DNA of 64,000 nt from Macrostomum lignano (GCA_002269645.1 NIVC01002074.1:1-64000), one strand, 5' to 3'. Positions 25,426 through 37,138 are shown, counted from the first letter of the stretch. The notes: generated from the letters alone by a model not told the origin. Program-made: numbers and translations.

Positions 25426-25626
25426 ATATTCACGCGCTGCTCCAAGACGTTGTCGGACGAAGCAAGCGAGGCCCTGATAAAAAGCGCGAAGATTCACTGC
25501 TCAGACGTCACTCGCTTTTTGCCTTGGAACTTAGGCAAATCCGGCATCCGGAGATACCTTCAGAAGCACGAGGGCAACGACTTGTGCAAGAAGATGGGAC
25601 TGCGAAGGGTGTTTATGAACATGTAA
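25426..25626 (+). CDS. vWA-alpha-kinase B, exon 2 (not in the ORF track)
   Basis: ttttgtag|ATA acceptor. Encodes IFTRCSKTLSDEASEALIKSAKIHCSDVTRFLPWNLGKSGIRRYLQKHEGNDLCKKMGLRRVFMNM*, which aligns to exon 2 of kinase A (IHCxDVTR, NLGxxGI). Confidence 0.9.
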   Translation: MFTRCSKTLSDEASEALIKSAKIHCSDVTRFLPWNLGKSGIRRYLQKHEGNDLCKKMGLRRVFMNM

Positions 25627-26343
25627 ACCGTTTATGAATGGCTTTTGAGCGATTTCCTGTTTTTTGTATTGCAGATTGATTTAGACACCACTAATAATAG
25701 CAGTAGCAATTTTCGTAGAACCATAAAATATCCCTTATCCAAAGTTGATGGCTTTATTAACGAAACAAATCGGTTGCCGGTTATTACTTTACTTTATTTA
25801 GTAGCTTAGGTAGTGTTTGCTTGCACGGGAGTCTCTGAAAAAGCGGAGTTTTGGTTTTGGTTTCATTTTTGCATGGTTCGGTTCTAAACCACTCCAAAGT
25901 TAAAAAAAATCCTAGCGTATGCAAACTAGATGTTGCGATTTTCCATTATAATTAGTCAAATCTAGCGCTAGAGAGAACCGGATGCCGCGTAAATAATTTT
26001 GTTTGATTGATGCACTCGCACTTCTTGTTAAACTTTTATATACTTTCTTCTATCTTTTATTCTAGCAAACAAGGTTTTGGAAACATTTTTTGAAACCTTT
26101 GAACCTTGATTTAGAAAAAACCTGCTCGCAAATCAAATCTGTTTGTAAATTCCAGTTTTTTAAGTACTTGGAAGAATATGTTACTCTACGAACAGACATC
26201 AAATTTTATACCCCTTACTAGGAGGAGGATCGGGTGTTGTGTCTTGCGTTGAGTATACTCATATAAATTGATTTCACTAAAATATTTTTATCCAATATTT
26301 GCTTCAATCTTCAATAAAATGGAAACTAATTTATTCACAATGA

Positions 26344-26524
26344 GCTGTGCTTAAGAGATGTTTATATGGTTTGGCGTCCCGTGTTTTAAGTGATCCAACT
26401 GTCGCTAAGAGGTTCCAAGAGGTATCCGAGGCCTATGAGGTCTTGTCTGACGAGTCCAATCGTAAACAGTACGAGTCCCTGCACGCAAACTTATTCAGTA
26501 ACAGTAAAAAGGATTTATATTAAA
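26344..26524 (+). pseudogene. DnaJ/Hsp40 J-domain relic lacking the HPD motif
   Basis: One frame reads LKRCLYGLASRVLSDPTVAKRFQEVSEAYEVLSDESNRKQYE, matching J-domain helices II-IV. No start, no HPD, and an early stop. Confidence 0.65.
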
Positions 26525-26544
26525 GTACATTTTTGTCAGCGTTA

Positions 26545-27650
26545 TTGTTTTTGTGGTTTTTGCTGTAGTTGTTGTTCTTTTTGCTGTTCTTTTTGTTGTT
26601 GTTGGCACCAATCAGTTTGCATCAAAAGCAGCAACACCATGTCGCCGAGCGAGAAGAAATCAGACAGGCGCTCAACTCCGTTGGTCCCACTGAAATTGTC
26701 CCGGAAGCTCGCCACAGAGTCAACAGACGTCGCCGATGGCGGTGCCAGTGTGGTTCCGATAGTAGGTCGGTAGACTCCGGGCAGTGGCCTGCCCTGGTCT
26801 GCGAGACCAGGCTTTGCTGTTTGACAGGACCATTGTGGTGTGTCACTGGAGCGCCAAAGACGTCCAGGAGGTGGCCCTAGCTCTAGAAAGTAGGTTGAAA
26901 CTTGTGATAGTGCCGCGGATTCTCTCCTTGGCAGCTGCGAGAGTGATGGAAACCTAGTCTTGGGGGAGACTGGCAGAGTGCTTAGCTTCGGTGTCGATCA
27001 ACTTCTGAGCACCCAGAGTGTCCATGCAGGAACCTAATGCAAGGTCATCTTAGTTGAACGCAAAGCTTGAATCAGGAGCAGCTTGACTTCCTCCAGGAAG
27101 GTGGTTAGTCGTCGGGTGGTCGGAGGGAATGGCTGTCGGTAAAGGATGGTGGCGTTGCTGGGCGCGGTGGTAATGAGATACTGAAGAGCCATGAGCCAGA
27201 TGGTGATGAGCTTCGATTTAAAGTAACTGCAACAGCGGCCAGCCGCGGCGTGCCCCCCAGGATGATGGAGCAGCCGGAACGGTCAGTGTGGATCCAGGCC
27301 GAGCCTTACCATTCTCCGGGCACCGAGCCGTCAGCCCAAAAACCATGCACTGGAGACTAGAAGACAGCATTCTGTTTTGGACGGATTGATGTCGATGAGC
27401 AGGTGGGAGCTGCCCATTCATTAACCTTGTCGAGAGCTGCTTGGAAACGACCTTAGAGGTCACTCAGGTTGCAGATTGACAGGACTTCATCATCTATAGG
27501 TCGTCCGCTGTAGTCCACTGAGCGGTCTGGAGCCGGACCAGGCATTACATATACAACAGTAAAAAACCGGCGAGCTTCCGCCTTCGCAGCCACGTCCACT
27601 TCTTCATTACCACTGAGGCCGCAGTGTGCTGCAGGACCCAGCAAATGGTC
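26545..27650 (-). mobile_element. Degenerate 5'-truncated non-LTR retrotransposon (RNase H-bearing LINE), possibly two fragments
   Basis: RNase H motifs PAAHCGLSGNEEVDVAAK (about 27580-27640) and TLH*VPA...IDTEAK (about 26990-27050); C-terminal SQTRAGHCP...C*LCG zinc-finger relic; (CAA/A)-rich tail at 26545-26605; stops and frameshifts throughout. Confidence 0.7.
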
Positions 27651-30600
27651 ACTACGCGCTCGTACTTAACCCATCTCAATGATGGTTTGTATTGTCCTGT
27701 GTACGATCGTATTTCGTTCGCCAATGGGTAATTAGCTTTCTTACTGTTGATAAGCTGGAGGCTGCTCCGATTGTCGGTTGTGATACATACATATGTATTC
27801 TCTAACCTTTAAACTCCAGGTCCATCCTAGCTGGCTGCTATAGAAATGTTACATGCATTTTACTCAAATTACATTACAGGTGCTTCAGCTTTGACGAGTA
27901 TTTCTATGATGGCACATATATGTACATATAAAAGCCAAGGACTACTTAACTACTTTATCTATAAACGATACTTAAGTAGTCCTTGATAAAAGCATGAGTA
28001 GGTTTAAGCACAAATGCGTACAGGCAATCCGACTTCGGACAACGTACTTTTGTATGATGTACTTTTATATTCCATCGACGAATAACAACGTCATCCGTCG
28101 CCTGAAAACACTTACAGCAGTATGTTACGTGTAGCCTGCAATTCTTTACTCCGGTCCAAGATTCTCATAGGGCATAAAGAGTTGCAGTGATTTTGGCTGG
28201 CATGCGCAAATATCAATAAGAAAGGGCGCCCTCCCCAATAGTCTGTCGTCCTAGAAAGAAATGTTTGCTTGAACCCAAATCATGCGATCATATTTTTGGG
28301 ACTTCACGCGGCAGCTCTATGGGATAATCCCTCAATTAAAAGGACCTCCTGTTAGCTGCACCACTTCGGTAATCGTTTAATTATGCGGCAGAATATTTTC
28401 TAACTGCTGGTTTTCCGTGAGTTAATATAAATATTATCTAGATAGTGTACGTATAAAGTATGTAGGAGCACCCAACATAATATTACTAATCAAATAATTA
28501 TTAAATAAAGGCTACAACTTTTATAAAATACTAAAATTGTAGGATAAATTACGATGAACGAGAAGAATGCAATTTTCATCTTTTTTGAAGGATTACAATG
28601 TTATAACGGTAAATAACGAGGCTTCGCAATTAAAAAAGAAAATATTTTAAATATTTGTTTTATTAGAAACGAACACTGAAGCAGAAGCTCCAGAATTCGT
28701 TCGTTCAGCTACTAAAGTTGTTTCGAATAAAGTATGACACACACTACACTATCACAACAGAACCATAGAATAAGCTTCTATTGTTATCAACCTTTTGATT
28801 TCATAATTGATTGTTTTGATTGTTTGATTGATTGTTTTACCTCTTGTTTCAATTCATTTCAATTTAGTAACTTGAAGATAAAGTTTAACTAAATACAAGT
28901 TCTGAGCTAGTTTTTCTTCACTTAGCACCCAGATCTCTAATTTAATATTTATATTAGATTGATAGGGCATATAAAAAGTAGAAGGAATTATACCAACATG
29001 GTTTTGTGGCGATGCAGTTATACAATTTATAAGGTCTTAAGAGTATTTATTTTAGGTTAAATGCTATTTTTTGGCTCAGTTACTGTTTTCATCAGAATTT
29101 TTAATTAAAATATGGGTTCGAATAGCATCGTAATAAATTATTTTAAGTTGTAATGACAAATAATTCTATTATTGCTAAATGAAATCATAAATTTGTTTTT
29201 CTTTGCCAACTTTGCTATATAGTATAAAGAGCTAGCTAGCTAGGGGCCTAGAATTTTGAATCAATTGAAACAAGCTTTTTAGAATTTATATGAATTAAAT
29301 ATTACCCTCTATAGTTCTAGATAGTAAACAATTTTACTGACATAATTTTACAAATCTTTAAAGTATAGTATTTTTAGTATATGGGACATACTTGTATATC
29401 TCATATTACACATGTAGTATCAACTGGTTTTAAAGCATTAAATGATATTGTATAGTTAATGTATAAATTAAATGTAGAATACTAAATGCATCTAGAATCG
29501 AAATCAATCATATATAATATATTAGCCAGCTAATGTTAAGATATATTTTATATGATAAAAAGTGCATTATATTTATTTTTTTAGCATGGAATTTACATAT
29601 TTTATTTTATAGCCCTAGAAACTTTCTTGGCCATTTATGCTTTTTAGCTTATAATATAGAAATATATTATATATTTTTAGAAACTATATAGCACTAGAAA
29701 TGCACAAGCTAGGCTAGAAGTTTTTTTTAGAATATTGGTTGCAGGTTGTAAAATAGATACTTTTGTTTAATTATATATTGTATTAGATATGCTTTTATTT
29801 AGTTTAGTTTCCTCAAGTATTGTCATTTTGAATTTAATCATATATCCATATATTTGATCTATGTAAAAGTATTTTTAAATGATATGTTTATATATATAAT
29901 ATGTTTAGATTTTTTTGGGATTCCAGTTTTGTTATTGGGATCCTAAGTTCCCAATAACAAGATTAAGATTAAGATTCTTGAATCATTAAGATTTAAGATT
30001 ATTTGATTGGGATCCCTATCTATTTATCTAGCCTATTCAAATAGCATATGCTCACTAACATTGGCTAGCATCATTAATGATAATAATAATCCCTCTCTAA
30101 TCTTTAAGCATATATAGAGGTCAGGATCAACATTTTTAGAATAAGTCAGGGTTGGGATCCCAATTTTTGCTAAAATCCCAGAATTTTAGATCCTAACCAA
30201 TCTCTAGTTATTACCCTCTTTATTCCTTCTAAATATGATAAATATACTATACTATGTATGCAGTTATATAATTATAAAAATCTATATTATAGTTTATACT
30301 CTAATTACATTTCTTAAGATTTCAAATCTTAAGATTTTATTTGATGCCAATTGGCAACCATTTATATTTGTTAACTGAAAAATTTTGCCTGAAATGATAT
30401 CATTGGCATATTTTTAACTGCAAGTTTTCTATTGGTAAGGGAAACATCTTTACTATAATGAGAACTATTATCTTATACCTTAAAAACCAATAGCTAATTG
30501 CTAGTAGAAACTAGAAAGGCAGCTTAATTTACAAATTGATGTTAAAATACTTTACTTTAAAACTTTCAGTGCACCAATGGCATCCTAACACAAGCTAAAA

Positions 30601-30769
30601 TACAGCACCTGTGATTTCTGATAATCAATCTGATTGTTTGGAACCTGATTATTCACTGGTCATAAAAATTCTGAAACAAACAAGTTGTTGGCAGGATTCA
30701 CTAAATCTATCAATCATCTGTAAAAAAGTTCATCAGACTCGACTTAAAAGTACATGAAAACAAACCAAC

Positions 30770-30880
30770 ATGACTGACAGTCGCAAGACGCCGCCAACGT
30801 CTCCGCACAGGTCAAGTGGCAAAACTCTCACTGTGAAGGTTGTGCTGCTGGACGACACCGTGAACTCTTTTCAAGTACCG
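30770..30880 (+). CDS. FARP: FARP-family protein (FERM, RhoGEF, PH), coding exon 1
   Basis: MTDSRKTPPTSPHRSSGKTLTVKVVLLDDTVNSFQVP|GTGAGT; start of the FERM domain. Confidence 0.85.
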
Positions 30881-30905
30881 GTGAGTTGCTCACAAAACAC
30901 AGAAA

Positions 30906-30980
30906 ACACCCTGTGTGAGCGTGTTTGAGTGCGTGCCTGTGTACAGAATTGAAGCGCTTGTATGTGCTCAAGGTCAACGG
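30906..30980 (+). mobile_element. SINE-family body fragment
   Basis: 19/19 match to the reverse complement of 35267-35285 and 18/19 match to 37093-37111. Confidence 0.5.
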
Positions 30981-31133
30981 AACGGGGCAGAATTGATGTG
31001 GCCTTTGTGGGACAATGTCGCCGAAGGGGCGCTGCGCCAGGGTGCCCATAAATTCGTCGCTTTCGACCTTGTAGTCACTATTGTTTTTGTTTCTTACGGA
31101 AAGTGACGTTTACAGTAAAAAACTTAAGATATA

Positions 31134-32340
31134 AGCATCTCCTTTGAGATTTGGCATCAAGGCCTCTCTTGAGCCATAGCTTAACCCTAACTCCCCCTTT
31201 GATGCTTGACCTACAAAAAACTCCCAATTGACACTTGGCATCTCAGCAATTCCCCACGAAAGCCTTGAAATCTCAGCAATTCCCTACGAAAGCCTTGAAA
31301 TCTCAGCAATTCCCCACGAAAGCCTTGAAATCTCAGCAATTCCCCACGAAAGCCTTGAAATCTCAGCAATTCCCCACGAAAGCCTTGGCATCTCAGCAAT
31401 TCCCCACGAAAGCCTTGAAATCTCAGCAATTCCCTACGAAAGCCTTGAAATCTCAGCAATTCCCCACGAAAGCCTTGAAATCTCAGCAATTCCCCACGAA
31501 AGCCTTGAAATCTCAGCAATTCCCCACGAAAGCCTTGAAATCTCAGCAATTCCCCACGAAAGCCTTGAAATCTCAGCAATTCCCACGAAAGCCTTGAAAT
31601 CTCAGCAATTCCCCACGAAAGCCTTGAAATCTCAGCAATTCCCACGAAAGCCTTGAAATCTCAGCAATTCCCCACGAAAGCCTTGAAATCTCAGCAATTC
31701 CCCACGAAAGCCTTGAAATCTCAGCAATTCCCCACGAAAGCCTTGAAATCTCAGCAATTCCCACGAAAGCCTTGAAATCTCAGCAATTCCCCACGAAAGC
31801 CTTGAAATCTCAGCAATTCCCCACGAAAGCCTTGAAATCTCAGCAATTCCCCACGAAAGCCTTGAAATCTCAGCAATTCCCCACGAAAGCCTTGAAATCT
31901 CAGCAATTCCCCACGGGAGTCTTGACATCTCAGCAATTCCCCACGGGAGTCTTGATATCTCAGCAATTCCCCACGGGAGTCTTGACATCTCAGCAATTCC
32001 CCACGGGAGTCTTGACATCTCAGCAATTCCCCACGGGAGTCTTGACATCTCAGCAATTCCCCACGGGAGTATTGACATCTCAGCAATTCCCCACGGGAGT
32101 CTTGACATCTCAGCAATTCCCCACGGGAGTCTTGACATCTCAGCAATTCCCCACGGGAGTCTTGACATCTCAGCAATTCCCCACGGGAGTATTGACATCT
32201 CAGCAATTCCCCACGGGAGTCTTGACATCTCAGCGATTCCCCACGGGAGTCTTGACATCTTAGCAATTCCCCACGAGAGTCTTGATATCTCAGCGATTTC
32301 CCACGGGAGTCTTGACATCTCAGCAATTCCCCACTTGAGC
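31134..32340 (+). mobile_element. Dispersed non-autonomous element, copy B: ~110 bp leader plus 30-bp minisatellite (tctcagcaattccccacgaaagccttgaaa, switching to ...cacgggagtcttgaca)
   Basis: Homologous to 14269-15475; period 30 measured at 31241/31271. Confidence 0.6.
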
Positions 32341-32859
32341 CTTGAAATCTTAACAGTTCTCCCTACTAAAGAAATAGGACACCACGGGTGTCCAAGTTTC
32401 CTGGCCGTAGCAACTCCATTAAAATATTGTGTACTTGTACTACTAGATTATTCAATTTACTAGTATTCTACTATTTATATTGGAAACCGTTGCTAGATGT
32501 GGGGAGAGACGGAGTGCTCACACGGTGTTCCGTATTAATCAAATTAATAAGCCACAGAATATAGGACAATTATCCCTGTGCTATTGGGAAGCAAGGTAGC
32601 CAAGGGGATTATAATACACTGTCTGCCTTGTGTGTATTATGCCTTGTGTGCTTCTCTTAATCCTCTCTTCTTGTTGAGTAGTCGAGAGCATAATTTGGTG
32701 TGTAGCTGGGGTAAGGTTGCCTGCTCAGGGCTACACGCTATACATGCTCTCTCTAGTTCAGCTGGGTTTAAGCCAGAAAGTAATAGGAAAGCGAAATGAA
32801 TTTGACAAAAGTAATTAGATTGGGCTAAAACTGTAATAGTATTCATTCCAGCGGGCCAG

Positions 32860-33000
32860 ATGAGAGGAAAGGAGAGAGGAGAGGAGATAAGAAGGAAGAG
32901 GAGAGGATAGAGAAGAGAGAAAGAAGAGAGAAGAGTGGAGAGAGAGAAAGAAGATAGAACAGAGAAGAGAAGACAGAAAGAGCTGAGATTGAAGAGACAA
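32860..33000. repeat. Purine-rich (GA) low-complexity tract
   Basis: Almost entirely A and G. Confidence 0.85.
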
Positions 33001-34454
33001 ATATTGAGCAGGCCGAATTGCTGTTATGAAGTTTCAACCGGACCGGAGTTTAGCCAACCCCTGGTATAGGCTGAGTAGGCAGATTACTGAGTCTCTGTTT
33101 CATAACGCAGTCCTTTTACACAAATGGAATGTAATTCCGTTATACTTGAAATATCATAGTGCTGCTCAGAAAAAACAACCTTATACGTCTTTAATTTGAA
33201 TGTCACAGAACTAGCACAAACACTCACCTTATACACTTGAGCATCTAGTATGTAAACATTAAAAAATTACAGAATTGATATAGTGGCAAATAAATGACTT
33301 CTAATTAGGTTTGATCTATGGCTTTTTACTTACCTACAAAAGTGCATACTTATGCTTGAAAGTTAGTGTTTCCCTCCAGCCTAGCTGCCTGCCAGAGGCG
33401 TCCAATGGCTTGTCTATCATTTCTTATTTTTTCTCCCCCCCTACTTTTTTGCTCTTGCCTGCTACACTTTCCGGTCAAGACGAACCAGCTTGATTGATGG
33501 GTGCACAGTGTTCATGTGCGGCGAACGATTCGTAGAGAAAAAATGCTTTCACAGGCGACAGACACGCTTTGGTTGACATAGTCCATTGTCTAAAATATTA
33601 ATGTGCATGGTTTTCTCTTGCGCGCAACAGCTTTCTTATGACTGATCAAGGGTCTCTTAACCCCCCCCCCCCCCAGAGAGACGCAGAGACGGTTAGAAGG
33701 CATGAGCAGTGAAGACAAGAAGAGTCTTAGCATCTTTCACTCTTTTTTCCCTTTTTGCTCTTCCTTCCCTTTGGATTCGGCCACCAAAAGGCTTCCGTCT
33801 CCCATCACACACTCTCTCTCTCCTCCCTTCCAACCTCTCTTTTCCTTACTTACTACTTTTCCCTTGAAGCCTTGGGGGCAAGCAGGGGTTAGACACGTTA
33901 AATCTCGGCGATTCTCTCTCTCTCTGTCTCTGTCTCTCCTCTCGGCTCCCACTAACGAAGCAATCCACTCGCCTACTCCTCGGTTCGGTCTCTGCGCCAT
34001 TGCCTGTATCTTATAAAGGGTTAAAAGGCAGGCATTCGCCTTGACTACTCTGATTGAGATTGAGAGGATCAGCAAAGGGTTGGTTGCTCTCTCTCTCGCT
34101 CTCTTACTCTTACTCTACACGCAGACGTGCCTGCGAGCGACCGTATGTGTGGCCTTTCTTGACTCAGCATTTCAATCTTGATGGGTAACGATGAAAGGAG
34201 TAATGCATTTGGATCAGAATAGAGATCAGGCCACTGGCTTAGATGTTTAAGTATTAAATATGAACTATTAAGAGACCAATGCACTTAATATGCCGGTAAA
34301 TTAGGTAAGTAAGAAAATATATAATAACATTATTTACCTTGATTGTAATTTTTGTCTGCTTGAACCACAGATACTAGAAACACGGTCTGAACGTCTTTCA
34401 AATACTTATAGGGATTTCTCTAGCAAACAAAAAAGTGAAACGCAATTTGAATAC

Positions 34455-35240
34455 TTATTGTCTATGGCCCAATTGTCGCTGAAGTTGTTCTCCCGTATTT
34501 GGAAGTTATTGTCTATGGCCCAATTGTCGCTGAAGTTGTTCTCCCGTATTCGGAACTTATTGTCTATGGCCCAATTGTCGCTAAAGTTGTTCTCCCGTAT
34601 TCGGAACTTATTGTCTATGACCCAATTGTCGCTGAAGTTGTTCTCCCGTATTCGGAACTTATTGTCTATGGCCCAATTGTCGCTGAAGTTGTTCTCCCGT
34701 ATTCGGAACTTATTGTCTATGGCCCAATTGTCGCTGAAGTTGTTCTCCCGTATTCGGAACTTATTGTCTATGGCCCAATTGTCGCTGAAGTTGTTCTCCC
34801 GTATTCGGAACTTATTGTCTATGGCCCAATTGTCGCTAAAGTTGTTCTCCCGTATTCGGAACTTATTGTCTATGACCCAATTGTCGCTGAAGTTGTTCTC
34901 CCGTATTCGGAACTTATTGTCTATGGCCCAATTGTCGCTGAAGTTGTTCTCCCGTATTCGGAACTTATTGTCTATGGCCCAATTGTCGCTGAAGTTGTTC
35001 TTCCGTATTTGGAACTTATTGTCTATGGCCCAATTGTCGCTGAAGTTGTTCTCCCGTATTCGGAACTTATTGTCTATGACCCAATTGTCGCTGAAGTTGT
35101 TCTCCCGTATTCGGAACTTATTGTCTATGGCCCAATTGTCGCTGAAGTTGTTCTCCCGTATTTGGAACTTATTGTCTATGGCCCAATTGTCGCTGAAGTT
35201 GTTCTTCCGTATTCGGAACTTATTGTCTATGGCCCAATAT
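34455..35240. repeat. 51-bp minisatellite (ttattgtctatggcccaattgtcgctgaagttgttctcccgtattcggaac)
   Basis: About 15 copies; gives the 17-aa periodic pseudo-ORFs. Confidence 0.97.
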
Positions 35241-35412
35241 ACAAGTGCGCCAATACTGACTCACACACACGCTCACACAGGGTGTACAGCAGTCCTGACT
35301 GTCCAATCGTCAGGCATGTACACTCCCTGTGCTTTGGGGGCTGGCCCTCATGGCCCTCGGGAATCGAACTAGGGGTCGTGGCGCGAGAGTCACTGAACTG
35401 GGCTAAAGGGCA
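35237..35412 (-). mobile_element. tRNA-derived SINE (tRNA-Glu-like head plus body)
   Basis: Minus strand reads tagcccagttcagtgactctcgcgccacgacccctagttcgattcccg, a tRNA-like head with box B; the body is shared with segments at 30906 and 37085. Confidence 0.55.
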
Positions 35413-36029
35413 GATTGATGCGCATGAGTTGCGCCTGTCCTATATATGCACGCTGGTACATAAGGCCAGTTGGTGAATTAGGACTCAATTACACAGACCA
35501 GGTCGATACGCCGCTCCACCTGCACTCGCGGTGCGACTCAGTTTTTTTCTCACTTTGATTAGACACTGCCAGCTTGGGATCGGATGATGAGGAACGGTGA
35601 GAAAGGGAAAAAAGGAAGAGAACAGGCGGGTCGGCGAGTAAATTAGGGGATGGAGAAGAGGATAATGGGAAGCTAGGGGAGAGGATGCGATAGGCGAGTT
35701 GGGGTTTGAGCTCAATTTTTTAGTAGCTATTCGGCTCAGACCTGCAGCGATCGAATGCAGCCCGACTCCTGTGCTCACCGCTGCTCAGGAAGTAACAGGA
35801 GCTCTGGTGATGCCAGAGTAACGGGGAGTAGGGAGATTTATATATATATATATAGATGGGAGGTACAAAATTTGGGACTCAGATTATTTTAATGCCCAAT
35901 GTCGATATGGAAATTTGATGCTCGTAAACAGCCTATTATTGAGATTTTGACTTATTATTCGGTGAGAGAAGGGCGAGAAGGGCGGAGACTGAGGTTTAGA
36001 AAAGGGCGTAGAGTAGATGGGAATAAAGC

Positions 36030-36590
36030 GGGAGAATAGATGGCAGTAGAGTGGGAGAATATATGGGATTAGAGTGGGAGAATAGATGGCAGTAGAGTGG
36101 GAGAATATATGGGATTAGAGTGGGAGAATATATGGGATTAGAGTGGGAGAATAGATGGGAGTAGAGTGGGAGAATAGATGGGAGTAGAGTGGGAGAATAG
36201 AATGAAACTGAGCGGAAGAATATATGGGATTAGAGTGGGAGAATAGATGGGAGTAGAGTGGAAGAATAGATGGGATTAGAGTGGGAGAATAGATGGGATT
36301 AGAGTGGGAGAATAGATGGGATTAGAGTGGGAGAATAGATGGGATTAGAGTGGGAGAATAGATGGAAGTAGAGTGGGAGAATAGATGGGAGTAGAGTGGG
36401 AGAATAGATGGGAGTAGAGTGGGAGAATAGATGGGAGTAGAGTGGGAGAATAGATGGGAGTAGAGTGGGAGAATAGATGGAAGTAGAGTGGGAGAATAGA
36501 TGGGAGTAGAGTGGGAGAATAGATGGAAGTAGAGTGGGAGAATAGATGGGAGTAGAGTGGGAGAATAGATGGGAGTAGAGTGGGAGAAAG
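36030..36590. repeat. 23-bp minisatellite (gagtgggagaatagatgggagta)
   Basis: Period 23 measured at 36371/36394. Confidence 0.95.
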
Positions 36591-37138
36591 TGGGAGAGTA
36601 GATTGGAATAGATAAGTATATTGTTAATCTAGCCTGATCCATGAGCCGAGAAGGCACAAGTAACTCATTGCGATACAATATCATTAGTACTCATAGAAGT
36701 ATTGATTCCAGTACCTCTGCATGCCGGGGACTCGCCAGTCCATGCAAGTAGGTTTACGGCATCTGGGTTCCGCGTCTGGCTTAGCGTTATTCCAAGAAGC
36801 CTCCCCTGTCTGTAGCCTCGCTTTCCCTTGCGTTTTGGCAGGGTTGCCGTATATTCTCCCTGCCCCTCCCGCTCCCGCCTACAGCGCGCTAATCGTCAAT
36901 TGATCGGGAATTGAGTCCCGGCGAGCTGGGGCGGGAGAGCCTCCGTCCCGGTTGGATCTGGCGCAAGAAATTGGATAAGCTCCGTGCCGGATTTAATGCA
37001 GCGGCTGCTGCGCCACTCGGGGAAGATGGGGAGCGGGGAGGACTGGGAGAGAATTCTGGCTGGCCCTGCTGGTGCTGCGTATCACTATTGGCGCGCCTGT
37101 ATGTGCTCAAGAGTCAGCGGAATGTCCAGAATGTGCAT

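Noticed and set aside
33990-34140. TATA-like box followed by CT-rich sequence as a solo LTR or internal promoter
   Set aside because: No TG...CA boundaries, target duplication or second copy could be identified.
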